Source: Octopus sinensis (Eukaryota). From it: a DNA stretch of 64,000 bases. Positions 11,606 through 24,209 of the stretch are shown here, one piece after another. The position numbers and the translations under genes were made by a program. The stretch covers positions 21,514,001 through 21,578,000 of the forward strand of contig NC_043009.1 of assembly GCF_006345805.1 (NCBI RefSeq). Reading direction: 5' to 3'. Every line of letters begins with the position of its first letter. Position 1 is the stretch's first letter. The notes beneath the pieces were generated by a model. The model worked only from the letters and a program-made list of their open reading frames with translations. It was not told the origin of the DNA and did not search any database.

Positions 11606-12330
11606 CATGTAGTCCGCCAGTTCATTTAAAATTGTGGCCTTCGGGCAGACGGCTATGGTGTCGAGCGACTTCGAATACGTTCTCAACACCACGGTCTTCC
11701 TTTCCAGCTCTTTTACCCATTTCTTGGGAGGTGTCAACTCCCACACGAGAAATTCCTTTGTCATTGACACAAAGTTCAATAAATTCAAAGTACAAAAATA
11801 AAATAGAACACAAAAGGGAGAAGGAAAAACTCAACAGAAGAGAAGAAATAAAATAATTAACAGTTCAGAAAAGAGTTCTCTTTATTTTTATATAAATAAA
11901 TGACAGCTCGAAGAAGAGAGTACAAATTCAGACAAAGGAATCAAATTTTTCGGCCGAAAAGTGTACTCCTGGCCAAATGTCCAATTGGTAAAATGAATCC
12001 AACAAAACCGACCACAGCACTGGCTACCGCCAACGGTAACTTCAACAGCAACTGTATTTTGTTCCAATCATTCGGACGAGGATACGCCCCTCCACTATTT
12101 TTTTTCAATAACACAAAAACGGCAGCCGTCGAGAGCAGGCGAAATTGTTCCAGAGCTGGGCACAATTTACTGAAAAAGTAATTAGCATACAATAAATTAT
12201 GCACAGCTCACAACAAACAAAATCGCTCACGTCGAAAACTTTCTCTGTTTTTGTTCTTCTTTCTGTAATTGGGCGGAGCTAGCAAGCTCTCATCCACTCT
12301 GGTTCAACTGGAAGAAACTGATTAACAGCG
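11606..12330 (-). mobile_element. ORF1-only element copy A: 5' UTR and truncated ORF1 start
   Basis: MTKEFLVWELTPPKKWVKELERK...ELADYMP, then broken; head AGTGGATGAGAGCTTGCTAGCTCC at ~12300. Confidence 0.8.
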
Positions 12331-12352
12331 CATGTGCGTTAGCAAGCTACTT

Positions 12353-13445
12353 TATTTTATCTAATTTGCCACAGAGGCATTACACAGATGTAGCTTTGCG
12401 GGCTGGACATAGACATTAATGATATGAATGATGGTGATGGAACAATGATGATGATGGGAGAAGACGAATGCGCCCGCCGATTTCCGCTTCTCTAAAACAG
12501 TGTTCTTTTTTACAAAAAATCACAATGAGGCAATAAACCTCTTACTCAATATAATACAATGTACTATTTTTTTTTCTTTTAAAACACACAGAAAGTTCAG
12601 GTTACCCGGCCGACCAGCGCTCTTGCTTCATTGAAGCACTCACTCGGTTCCAGGCCAGACCACAAAGGTACAAATCTATAGGAGTCCTCCGGGAAGGAAT
12701 TCACGATCCTGCACAGATCCCTTTCCCGTAGGACCTCCGAAGCCACCTGCGAAGGTCACTCCGTGCAGGACCGAAGTCCCTCCCATTGGTCCCTCCTTTT
12801 CATTTTCCTTAATTCATTCTCAATGATTCCTCTTTTGTGGAAGAGGACAACATACCCGCCTGAGGAGGCTCGGGAAACGCCGTCCGCGTGTCACAATCCG
12901 CCGGCGGCGTCCCGTTTCTCTTTTTTCTTTTTTCCCTGGGCCGCGGGAGGTTGAGGTTCCTGTGGTGCACACAACGGGTCCTCTTTTTCTCCCGCAGCTC
13001 CCGGGTCTTTCGGTGGGTCACCATTGTCGTCCACCTTTCTTTTTCGTTTTGAGGATGTAACAACCTCCTCTTCATTCTTCTGCTTCTCTCCCTCCATTGG
13101 GGGGAGGGCAGGGAGAGATTCCACCATTAACTGCTCCGGGATCCTACTTTGGTCCCTAGGGCAGTTCTTCTTAATGTGGCCGGTCTCCAGACACAGGTGA
13201 CACTTGGGGGGCGTCCCTCGAGCATCACCGGATACCTGGACCCGGCCATCCTCAAGAAATCTGGGAAAACCAGACTTTCGGCTGATTGGGTCCATAGGGT
13301 CAAAACTGCTTTCGACCCCTCCCAATCTTCCGCAGGCAACACTTTAACATTCAGCAGCTTGGTACTGCTACCACTCACGTCGAAAACTTTCTCTGTTATT
13401 GTTCTTTTTTCTGTAATTGGGCGGAGCTAGCAAGCTCACGTCCAC
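12353..13445 (-). mobile_element. ORF1-only element copy B: internally deleted (5' head fused to mid-ORF1), CCHC knuckle, 3' UTR
   Basis: ORF 12891-13325 contains CHLCLETGHIKKNC; 3' end ...GGCAAATTAGATAAAATA|AAGTAGCTTGC. Confidence 0.8.
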
Positions 13446-14350
13446 CATGGCTCAACTCCGGGTGATAGGCCGTAGATACAAATTTTCAATAATTTTTTTC
13501 CCATATAATTTGGGAGAAACAATATTTCTTTGCTCTCAAGGGGCTGGCTTGCGAAGTCGCAAGCTTCTTGTGGGGAGTCAAATAGCAACCAGACCGTTGC
13601 ATATTTGACTCCCCGTGAGATAAATTTAATGGCTGGCATGTAGTCCGCCAGCTCATTTAAAATGGTGGCTTTCGGGAAGACGGCTATGGTGTCGAGCGAC
13701 TTCGAATACTTTCTCAACACCACGGTCTTCCTTTCCAGCTCTTTTACCCATTTCTTGGGAGGTGTCAACTCCCACACAAGAAATTCCTTTGTCATTGATA
13801 CAAAGTTCAATAAACTTCAAAGTACAAAAATGAAATAGTACACAAAAAGGAGAAGGAAAAACACAACAGAAGAGAAGAAATTATTTCTTCTCTTCTGTTG
13901 TGTTTTTCCTTCTCCTTTTTGTGTACTATTTCATTTTTGTACTTTGAAGTTTATTGAACTTTGTATCAATGACAAAGGAATTTCTTGTGTGGGAGTTGAC
14001 ACCTCCCAAGAAATGGGTAAAAGAGCTGGAAAGGAAGACCGTGGTGTTGAGAAAGTATTCGAAGTCGCTCGACACCATAGCCGTCTTCCCGAAAGCCACC
14101 ATTTTAAATGAGCTGGCGGACTACATGCCAGCCATTAAATTTATCTCACGGGGAGTCAAATATGCAACGGTCTGGTTGCTATTTGACTCCCCACAAGAAG
14201 CTTGCGACTTCGCAAGCCAGCCCCTTGAGAGCAAAGAAATATTGTTTCTCCCAAATTATATGGGAAAAAAATTATTGAAAATTTGTATCTACGGCCTATC
14301 ACCCGGAGTTGAGCCATGGTGGACGTGAGCTTGCTAGCTCCGCCCAATTA
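13414..14350. repeat. Perfect ~937-bp palindrome (468-bp arms, 1-nt centre at 13882) made of the ORF1 N-terminal half
   Basis: Identical 124-aa ORFs at 13436-13810(-) and 13954-14328(+); paired coordinates both sum to 27764. Confidence 0.95.
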
Positions 14351-14816
14351 ACAGTTGAAAAAAGAGCTCTTTTTTAAAAAAGAAATGATACCTCAGAGAA
14401 GAGAGTTCAACTTCAGACAAAGGAATCAAATTTTTCGGCCGAAAAGGGTACTCCCGGCCAAATGTCCAATTGGTAAAATGAATCCAACAAAACCGACCAC
14501 AGTACTGGCCACCGCCAACGGTAACTTCAACAGCAACTGTATTTTGTTCCAATCATTCGGACGAGGATACGCCCCTCCACTGTTTTTCTTTCAATAACAC
14601 AAAAACGGCAGCCGACGAGAGCAGGCTAAATTGTCCCAGAGCTGGGCACAATTTACTGAAAAAATAATTAGCACGCAATAAATTATGCACAGCTCACAAC
14701 AAACAAAATCACTCACGTCGTAAACTTTCTCTGTTTTTGTTCTTTTTTCTGTAATTGGACGGAGCTAGCAAGCTCACGTCCACTCTGGTTCAACTGGAAG
14801 AAACTGACTAACAGCG
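14351..14816 (-). mobile_element. ORF1-only element copy D: 5' head and UTR only
   Basis: GTGGACGTGAGCTTGCTAGCTCCGTCC head hairpin; UTR homologous to 11840-12300. Confidence 0.75.
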
Positions 14817-14838
14817 CATGTGCGTTAGCAAGCTACTT

Positions 14839-16866
14839 TATTTTATCTAATTTGCCACAGGCATTACACAGATGCAGCTTTGCGGGCTGGACATAGACAT
14901 TAATGGTATGAATGATGGTGATGGAACAATGATGATGATGGGAGAAGACGAATGCGCCCGCCGACTTCCGCTTCTCTAAAACAGTGTTCTTTTTTACAAA
15001 AAATCACAATGAGGCAATAAACCTCTTACTCAATATAATACAAGGTTCTATTTTTTTTCTTTTAAAACACACAGAAAGTTCAGGTTACCCGGCCGACCAG
15101 CGCTCTTGCTTCATTGAAGCACTCACTTGGTTCCAGGCCAGACCACACAGGTACAAATCTATAGGAGTCTTCCGTGAAGGAATTCACGATCCTGCACAGA
15201 TCACTTTCCCGTAGGACCTCCGAAGCCACCTGCGAAGGCCACTCAGGGTCCTCCGTGCAGGACCGAAGTCCCTCCCATTGGCCCCTCCTTTTCATTTTCC
15301 TTATTTCATTCTCAATAGTCCCTCCTTTGTGGAAGAGGACCACATCTCTGACCTCCGGGGGCACATCCGCCTGAGGAGGCTCGGGAGACGCCGTCTGCGT
15401 GTCACAATCCGCCTGCGGCGTCCCGTTTCTCTTTTTTCTTTTTTTCTTTTTTCCATGGGCCGCGGGAGTTTGAGGTTCCTGTAGTGCACACAACGGGTCC
15501 TCTTTTTCTCCCGCAGCTCCCGGGTCTTTCGGTGGGTCACCATTGTTGTCCACCTTTCTTTTACGTTTTGAGGATGTAACAACCTCCTCGGCACTCTTCT
15601 GCTTCTCTCCCTCCATTGGGGGGGCTGGGCAGGGAGAGATTCCACCATTAACTACTCCAGGATTCTACTTTGGTCCCTGGGGCAATTCTTCTTAATGTGG
15701 CCATCTCCAGGCACAGGTGACACTTGTGGGGGGGGCGTCCCTCAAGCATCACCGGATACCTGGACCCAGCCGTCCTCAAGAAATCTGGAAAAACCAGACT
15801 TTCGGCTGATTGGATCCATAGGGTCAAAACTGCTTTCGACCCCTCCCAATCTGCCGCAGGCAACACTTTAACATTCAGCAGCTTGGCACTGCTACCATCC
15901 AGACCCCGGCGGATAGAGTCCTCTATCCATTCGGGCTCAACTCCGGGTGGTAGGCCGCAGATCCAAGCTTTCAATAATTTTTTCCCCATATAATTTGGAA
16001 GAAACAATATTTCTTTGCCCTCAAGGGGCTGGATTGCGAAGTCGCAAGCTTCTTTTGGGGAGTCAAATAGCAACCAGATCGTTGCGTATTTCACTGCCCG
16101 TGAGATAAATTTAATGGCTGGCATGTAGTCTGCCAGCTCATTTAAAATTGTGGCCTTCGGGAAGACGGCTATGGTGTCGAGCGACTTCAAATAAGTCCTC
16201 AACACCACGGTCTTTCTTTCCAGCTCTTGTAAATATTTTTTGGGAGGTTTCAAGTCCCACACGAGAAATTCCTTTGCCATTTCAACACAAAGTTCAATTA
16301 AAGTTCAAAATGTAAGAAAATAAAATAAGACACAAAAAGGAGAAGGGAAAACACAACAGAAGAGAAGAAATACAATAAAAATAACAGTTCAAAAAAGTTC
16401 TTTTTAAAATAAACGATAGCTCGAAGAGAGTTCAAATTCAGACAAAGGAATTAATTTTTCGGCCGAAAAGGTACCCCTGGCCATTTGTCCAATTGGTAAA
16501 ATACCTTGCAAAAACAGTCCTTGGTAACCCTTGGTACTCCGTGGTAAATCCAGTGGAAAACACAAAGACAATTTCAAAACAAATTAATTTTTGCGGAGGA
16601 CTACGCCTCCTCAAAAACACAATTCTCACTGCAAAGCGAGTCTTTATAGGCGGCCACAGGCAGAAAAATGTCTGGAGCAGAGTGGAGTCTATTACTCACC
16701 AAAAAATATTAAATACAGAGCAACACACTCCACTAAGCCCTCAAAAAAATACAACAAACGCCTACCTGTAGTCGAGCCTCAAAATACAATATTTCACGAC
16801 GAAAGACATGACATCAAGCAGCAAGAACTCTCCGCCAAAAAAAAAAACACGTCCGACTTCGACGAA
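14839..16866 (-). mobile_element. ORF1-only element copy E, near full length (~2.0 kb), ORF1 frameshifted
   Basis: ORF 15648-16280 (RRM-like ATIWLLFDSPKEA...EGRPP-KCHLCLE) continues in 15080-15616 (...FNEARALVGRVT stop); ~240-nt 3' UTR; no ORF2. Confidence 0.85.
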
Positions 16867-16882
16867 GGTTAGCAAGCTACTT

Positions 16883-17319
16883 TATTTTATCTAATTTGCC
16901 ACAGGGCCATTACACAGATGTAGCTTTGCGGGCTGGACATAGACATTAATGGTATGAATGATGGTGATGGAACGAAGATGATGATGGGAGAAGACGAAAG
17001 CGCCCGCCGACTTCCGCTTCTCTAAAACAATGTTCTTTTTTCAACAAATCATAATGAGGCAATAAACCTCTTACAACGTTCTTTTAAAATATACAGAAAG
17101 TTCAGGTTTCAATATAATACAATGTTCCTTCAAAATATACAAAATGTTCAGGTCACCCGGCCGACCAGCTCTCTTGCTTCATTGAAGCACTCAGCCGGTT
17201 CCAGGCAAGACCACACAGGTACAAATCTATAGGAGTCCTCCGGGAAGGAATTCACGATCCTGCACAGATCGCTATCCATGACCTCCGCAGCCACCTGCGA
17301 AGGCCACTCAGGGTCCTCC
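16883..17319 (-). mobile_element. ORF1-only element copy F, 5'-truncated (ORF1 C-terminus and 3' UTR)
   Basis: Homologous to 14839-15255; mirrored at ~37062-37501. Confidence 0.8.
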
Positions 17320-18134
17320 GAAACAAGTAAAAGAGTAAAAGAGTAGTTACCCTTACATATAAATAAATAAATAAATCAAAACGAGTGAAAAATAATTGCA
17401 GGAAAAATTCCTTCCATCTCAACATATCTGAGAAACTCAGATTAAACCTCTAAAAATTTAGAAATTTAAAGTCTAAACCTTGAAACAAAATAAAAAAACT
17501 TATTTTTAAAATAATAATATAAATTAAAATGAAAACTCCTTATATTACATTACAAATTAAACCAATCTAAGAAATATATATATATATAATCAAAATATGC
17601 AACAAGGATATCCAGAGGTAATGCAGTACGATCGTTTCATGCAACTCCACTTAATTGAACAATGAAATCATTACATCAATTTAAAATGCAGAGCAATCCT
17701 CAGCTGCACAAAGACATAGAATTTAATTAAATTAGAACAGATGGACACATTAGTATAATTATACCTAAAATCTCCAAGAAGTTAAGGAGATAGACAAAAA
17801 ACATGCTGTCTCCACTCCAGCATAGAAGTTACTAAGGTATCAAGAAGATATTCATTGTTACAGACTCTGCCTGTCACTGATTTTTTTTGTTTATATGGGG
17901 TCAGTTTTAATTTATGGACTAGTTTATCAAATCCTTGCATATCTAAGGCTGAGAGAACAGAAGGCAATATCTGTTAGGGGTAGGGCTGAGGGAGCAGACA
18001 GACATCATAGTTGATATAGTAAAAAAAACTATTAAAAATGTTAGATGTAATTCCAGGAATAGAAGTGATGTCTTTGGGTAACGAGTGCCTCCGTAAAAAC
18101 AGATATAAATTCTCTGTCCTGACTGAAGGAAGCG

Positions 18135-18400
18135 AATATGGTTATGTCGACACAACAGCTGATATTATTTTTAAAAAACCAATGGCATAACCACGACGCG
18201 TCAATTCGTGCTATAAACACAAGACATGATACTTCTTTAGTTAACATTTGACACAAAGGGAGATTCAATACAGCATTTCCGTAATGATTGCATATCCTTA
18301 TGACAGAAATTGCAAGTTATGTAATCTTTGTTTAGAAAAGGTGTTGCATATCTTATTATTTAAAGAAAATCTGAATAAACGTTCTGAACTTATTATAAGA
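18135..18400 (+). pseudogene. Degenerate Penelope-like GIY-YIG endonuclease fragment (mirror ~35980-36245, minus)
   Basis: YVDTTADIIFKNQWHNHDAS and AYPYDRNCKLCNLCLEKVLHIL..LNKRSEL match the PLE endonuclease C-terminal pattern. Confidence 0.65.
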
Positions 18401-18517
18401 TATCACCTTGGGTTCGGAAAAACTTTTAAGAAGTACAGAGGTAAATATTTATTAGAAAATTTATAGTTGTTGATGATACCGTCAGAAACACATTTTGCGA
18501 AGTTTTCTAAACTGTAA

Positions 18518-18763
18518 TAGTGGTTCTCAACCGAGGTCCATATGGCCTTTGGGGATCCATAAAAGTTTTAGTTGTTAAAAATTATGTGCAAAAATTGGTT
18601 ATACTTCAACAATGCACAAAATGCTTTTTTATACAACTTCTAACAATATCTAATTATAAAAATATAACCGGATTTTTAAAAAAAATTGAATGGCTATGGC
18701 GATCATGTAGAACAAAATAGGAATCAAAGAGGTCCATGGGGAAAAAAGGGCTGAAAACCATTG
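18518..18763. mobile_element. hAT-type MITE (mirror 35617-35862)
   Basis: Termini TAGTGGTTCTCAACC / GGCTGAAAACCATTG; imperfect 8-bp TSD AACTGTAA / CTCTGTAA. Confidence 0.65.
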
Positions 18764-18779
18764 CTCTGTAATAATCCTT

Positions 18780-19140
18780 TCTACTATAGGCACAAGGCCT
18801 GAAATATTGAGGGAGAGGAAAGACGATCACATCGACCCCAGTACTTTATTGGTACTTAATTTATCGACCTTCGAAAGGATGAAAGGCAAAGTCGACCTCG
18901 GCAGAATTTGAACCCAGAACGTGAAGACGAACGAAATACCTATTTCTTTACTACCCACAAGGGGCTAAACACAGAGAGGACAAACAAGGACAGACAAACG
19001 GATTAAGTCGATAACATCGACCCCAGTGCGTAACTGGTACTTAATTTATCGACCCCGAAAGGATGAAAGGCAAAATCGACCTCGGCGGAATTTGAACTCA
19101 GAACGTAGCGGCAGACGAAATAACGCTAAGCATATCGACC
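18780..19140 (+). repeat. Multicopy SINE-like repeat (two units), also at 33610-33905, 35262-35600 and 62155-62760
   Basis: Recurrent CGACCCCGAAAGGATGAAAGGCAAAGTCGACCTCGGCGGAATTTGAACTCAGAACG. Confidence 0.75.
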
Positions 19141-19148
19141 GGCGTGCT

Positions 19149-19390
19149 GGAGGCGCGTGGCTTGAGGTGTTGAATTCCTTATCGTAAAATTGTGGTTTCG
19201 ATTCCTGAATCGGGCGATGCGTTGTGTTCTTCAGCAAGACACTTCATTTCACGTTGCTCACGTCCACTCAGCTGGCAGAAATGAGTCGCACTGCGACGGA
19301 CCGGCGTCCCGTCCAGATGGGGGAATATTATATGTGCCATAGAAACCGGAAAACCGGTTCTTATGAATCTATATGACTCAAGAAGTTAAC
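19149..19390 (+). mobile_element. Degenerate tRNA-derived CORE-like SINE (mirror ~35013-35254)
   Basis: GGCGCGTGGCTT head; GCAAGACACTTCATTTCACGTTGCTCACGTCCACTCAGCTGG. Confidence 0.7.
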
Positions 19391-19699
19391 TTAAAACTTA
19401 AAATATATTTGGAGCACGTATACCATCTGTTTGGAAGGAATGTTCCAAAAAGGAATGTGATACTTTATATTTTGGTATCCTCACGAAAGTATTCGCTGGT
19501 GTAACAGCGGTGTATCTAAAACCATTTATTTATAACAGAACGTCCTAAATGTTTGAAAATTTGACTGACTCAGTTGGAATGAATCTAGGAAGGAAGAGAA
19601 TTTTTTTTACTTTTTTTCCTTTTATTTTTCATTTCTATAAGCACAAATTATATCATTTATGTCCATGTCTGCTGAGGCTTACTTAATTAAATTTTAATT

Positions 19700-20450
19700 A
19701 ATTTGTTCGTTGTTAGTAAGTAGGACATGCCACGAATTTGTGATAGGCATTCATGGGTCTCGAAATACCATGGTTCTGCGTCTGAAGAATTTTGTGTCAG
19801 CTGCTGATGGCAGTGCAGTGTCGGTTGTGGCTGCACAGACCCACACGCGAGTGACAGTCTTGCATGCAGCGAATGCATTTGAAGATATTCTCTACCGGTG
19901 CTACCGAGTTTTCCTTTCTTCGAGCGCGGGGGAAAGTTTCAGTTTCTCTTCCTCTCGCTCCATCCTCTTGTGTAGTATTCGCCTCCAGCGTTGGCGATCA
20001 TTTGTGACCTCCTCCCATCTTAGGACATCCAGATCTATTGACTTCATATCTCTATTGCCGACTTCCTTGAAGCGAAAATGAGGTCGTCCTCATGCTCTGG
20101 TGCCGGTGGCCAGTTCCCGATGCAGGAGGCCTTTTGGGATCCTTCCATCCAGCATAAAATATATGTGCCCGAGCCAGCGCGGACGGCACTGTTGGAGCAG
20201 GGTGAATATGCTGGGCATCTTGGCGCGGTTGAAGGCTTCAATGTTAGTAACTCGGTCGGTCCACTTGATATCCAAAATGATTCTCAAGCTACGAAGGTGG
20301 AAGACGTGGAAGATACTGCACTTATCTGAAGTAGAGGCCCCATGTCGCGCTGCTGCAAGGTAGCGTGCTAAGGACGCACGCCTTGTAGACAGCAATCTTG
20401 ATGTTTGTTGTCAGTTTTTTTGTTCTCCCAGACTCTCTTCCTAGAATAAC
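19700..20450 (-). pseudogene. RTE (BovB-like) LINE ORF2 C-terminus with terminal zinc finger (mirror 33953-34700, plus)
   Basis: LRIILDIKWTDRVTN...RWLGHI...GRIPK.LL..EL..G.R..GRP, followed by C..C...CHSRVGL.SH. Confidence 0.85.
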
Positions 20451-20619
20451 CCATATTTGGGTTCGGAAGGGGGGGGGCTGCCCCCACCCACCCTTCCGAA
20501 CCCAAATATGGGATTTACAGCATATTACGAGGTCACAGTACTTGATTCCACGCAAAAAATCAGTTTTTTTTTTTTTTTTTTAGTGAAAATCGTGCGGGTG
20601 TTAATCTGTAATTTTACCA

Positions 20620-20980
20620 ATATTTTTTGGTGAGTAAAAGACTCCACTCTGTTCCAGACATTTTCCTGCCTGTGGTCGAGCGTAAAGACTCACTTTACAG
20701 TGAGAATTGTGTTTTTGAGGAGGCGTAGTCCCTCCGCAAAAATTAATTTGTTTGCTTCTGAAATTGTCTTTGTGTTTTTCACTGAATTTACCACGGAGTA
20801 CCAAGGATTACCGAGGACTGGTTTTGCAAGGTATTTTACCAATTGGACATTTGGCCAGGAGTACCTTTTTCGGCCGAGAAATTAATTCCTTTGTCTGAAT
20901 TTGAACTCTCTTCTTCTTCGAGCTATCGTTTATTTTAAAAAGAACTTTTTTGAACTGTTATTTTTATTGTACTTCTTCTC
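20620..20980 (+). mobile_element. Fragment of the ORF1-only element 5' UTR (variant 2)
   Basis: Homologous to 16380-16710 (reverse) and 37660-37800. Confidence 0.7.
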
Positions 20981-22944
20981 GGATCTTTTCTAAAAGATGG
21001 ACAGAATTTTCTAGTTAACTAAACAATTTGAAACTGGTAGAATGTGTCAAAAGAAAACATTATTGTAAACCAAATTGAAAACGAAATTGTAATTTCCAAG
21101 TTTAACGTAGTTTAATTATTCGAATTTTAACCAATGGTATTCTTTGTTTTGAGCTGATATCATTCTGCTTATTCGTTTTGTAACGTAAACATCGGCTTAT
21201 CGTAAACAGCTAAATTCGCTTGGCATCGTATAAAATTTGAGTAGATCCTAAACAGCTAAATTCTTTTTGAAAGGCTGAGTATATATAAAATTAGTGTTTA
21301 AATTATTTTCTATTGTTTGCATTGCTTTATAGAATTTGAAACTTATTCGTTTGTAAATGGCCACGTTTAAATTATTTTCTATTGTTTGCATTGCTTTATA
21401 GGATTTGAAACTTTGACACATACACACAAACACATATATTGATATATGCATATATTTATTTTTACACCCACACACACTCACACACACATGTATACAAACA
21501 TATGCATATATATATATATACACACCTATACACACATATTCTAATGCATATGCATATATGTGTATATATTTATAATGTGTGTGTATTATAGATGCATACA
21601 TTATATATATATAAAAGATGTTTACATACAATATATATATGTTATATACATCTACATGTATATGTATGTATGAATATATAAGTACCGCAGAATTTGAATC
21701 AAACTGTTTTGATCCATACATACACACACACATACACACATACTAAAATTACATCGTTGGAGCAGTAATTTATTTATGTATTTTTTGTTATACAATTTAT
21801 TTTTAAGCTGAATCCCTATCCTGCTATTAACCCCTTTCTTATAAAATAGTTGAAGAATATGGGGTGTAGGAATTGGGCCAGTATTGGAACTTTTAACTTC
21901 TTGCTCTCTATCTTATGATCTCCGAAATTTAAGAATCTTGTGTTAACGGGGCTCTTATTATTTACTCTGACTCTGCCACCACCTCAATGCAAAGACTATC
22001 AATATCAGAATCATCTTCACAACCACCACTACAACCATTACTACAACCTCCAACCACAACCATCTTCTGCAACCACAACCCCAAGACCAATACCAGGATC
22101 ATATTCAAAATCACCAATTTCACCACCACTACACTCTGCAATATTTTCAACACTACTATCCATGAGACATCCTAACATTAACAATGCTACTACTACTATC
22201 ATCATCATTATCATCATCATCCACTGCCGCCGCCACCACCACCACCACCACCTCTACAAAAACACCAACACTATAATTGCTGCCCTCATACACATCCACT
22301 GTCACCACTACACCACCACCACCACTGCCATGATAACCACATCTACCACCTCCAACACCATTGCCACCACTATCTATGAGACATCCTAAGTTAGATACTA
22401 CTTTCACTTTCTAGTTGCTCTTTGAGTTTATTATATCTAATCTATCTCTCTAAAAGATGCAAACCAAGTAGCATTAAATGGAGAATGGATGTGAGCAGAA
22501 AGAGAGTAAGTTCCATTCCAGTTTACAACAATTATAGAATTATTCTCAAACCATAAATGAATGGTGGAGAGGAGTGAAGGAGGAGTCATGTTTCCTCTGA
22601 GAGGTTACAGAAGTATTATTACACTGTTGTTAGAATAGCTGTGGAAAATGTAAGTTGAAATCAAATTTGATGCTAAATTTTTATAGTCATGTTCCCAATG
22701 AAATACACATAATCAATTTGAACAGTCTTAGTAAAATAACTACTTTCTTTAATTATTAATCAGGTGTTTGGATCAACAAAATTATGTGATAAAGGTGAGA
22801 AGGTCAGTAGAGTGTCTATCTGCTTGTAACTATGTAGGCTATGGCTTGTTATGGTTTATGTTAGGGTTAGAGCTATGGTCTAGAATTGGCAACAGATAGC
22901 ATACTAAATTGTAAATGGCCACGTTTACTGTATGCTAAACTGGC
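20913..22944. repeat. Inner left arm of inverted duplication (partner 30357-32397)
   Basis: Mirror ORFs 21248-21739(-)/31572-32054(+) and 22156-22407(-)/30896-31147(+). Confidence 0.95.
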
Positions 22945-24209
22945 ACTAGATATTTAATGAAACAGTTTACCTATCAGAATTTAAGTCATGAAAGGGTTAG
23001 TTAGCATTGTCAACACACTTCACATTTCTCTGTTTCTGTGGGCAATGAAATAAAACACTTGATAAGGAGTGGGTCAATATAGTTGACATTATTTCATCCT
23101 ATAAAATTTTTGGCTATGTACCTTTGTTAGAAATTCTTATTTGTTTTAATATAAAGTGCGAGCAAGAGAACATCTGCAGGCTTTCCTAAACTGTTAATGT
23201 GAATGTAGATGTTGTCCTTTTTCAACTTGTGTAAATTAATGTCTGATGAGAATGTGATTCCATGTAGAAACTGCCATTCTGGAGATAAATGATTGGATAA
23301 AATATCTAGTAAAAGGTTCTAGCTGTGAGACATGTTAAAGATGATGATGTGGGCTCAGTTTGATATAGTTTACAGCTTACTAATTCACAGGAATAGTAGT
23401 GGGTGTTAGGGTTTTTTTTTCCCATGTTTTATTTGAACAATTTGGCTGGATAAAGGGGGCTGTATCCTTGCCTTTTGCATTCCTTCTGAGACAAGAGCTG
23501 TGCCTTCAAAACTGGTAAGATTGATGTAGTTGATCTTGAATAAAATGTGTGGATGGCTGCAGAGGAAATAACATGGACAAAGGAATTTCAGAAGGCTAAC
23601 AATCTGGTAAGAAAGAATTTAATGCTTAGTTTGCAGGTGAATTACATGCTACGTGATCTTCGAGCCTTTTGTCGCCAGATGCTGTAACATGGTTTGTATC
23701 CAATATAGTAGTACCACCACTATTGCGATAATGGCCTAAAATATGTGGTACCAGTGTGATAAAATAAGATAATGCAGCAGCAATAACAACATAACTATCT
23801 CTCAAGAACCAACAAATATTCCAAATGAACAAACCAACCCACACTCTCGAACTTCACTATGAAATAACACAAACTATATACACTCTCTCGGTTCAGTCCA
23901 TTCCTCACAAGAGGGTACCTTGGCACTCATCACAACACTGAGAGAGTAAGAGGTGACTTAAGGTTACTAACTTTGTTCTGCCGACAAATTTCCATTTATT
24001 TATTCTTAAGCTTCAATTACTGCTGGAAACCACCTCTGCCTGGTACTGGCATTTATGTGAACAATGTAGACAATTGACAAGTATCAAATGCCACAATACA
24101 TAAATTCATTATTTATTAAAATTATCTTCAATTGTAGAAGTATCATAATTACTAAATGGTAATCGATTAGCATATTCAGGGCCATTTAGTCACCTACCAA
24201 TCTGGTAGA

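Larger units (their letters stand above)
16820..20450. repeat. Outer left arm of large inverted duplication (partner 33953-37570)
   Basis: Mirror ORF pairs, e.g. 18248-18466(+)/35914-36132(-) and 19687-19878(-)/34525-34716(+), with nearly identical proteins. Confidence 0.95.

Noticed and set aside
11556-17319. The gag-like element as an LTR or DIRS/Ngaro retrotransposon
   Set aside because: No LTR pair, PBS, protease, RT or tyrosine recombinase seen; the direct repeats are explained by head-to-tail copies.
18470-18497. TTGATGA TACCGTCA GAAAC after the GIY-YIG fragment
   Set aside because: C3 is mutated and stems I-III cannot be formed convincingly; at best a decayed ribozyme.
19710-20363. 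Plus-strand ORFs of 83-123 aa (and mirrors at 34040-34693)
   Set aside because: Antisense or off-frame readings of the RTE ORF2 remnant.
21940-22407. His/Thr/Pro-rich and Gly/Val/Asp-rich ORFs (mirror 30896-31371)
   Set aside because: Degenerate (CAC/CAT/ACC)n low-complexity DNA, open in several frames on both strands, with no domain or splice support.
23450-23850. Possible host exons (AG..GTAAG pairs near 23450-23520 and 23590-23605; 72-aa ORF 23626-23844)
   Set aside because: No recognisable protein similarity, and splice-like motifs are expected by chance; RNA-seq would be needed.
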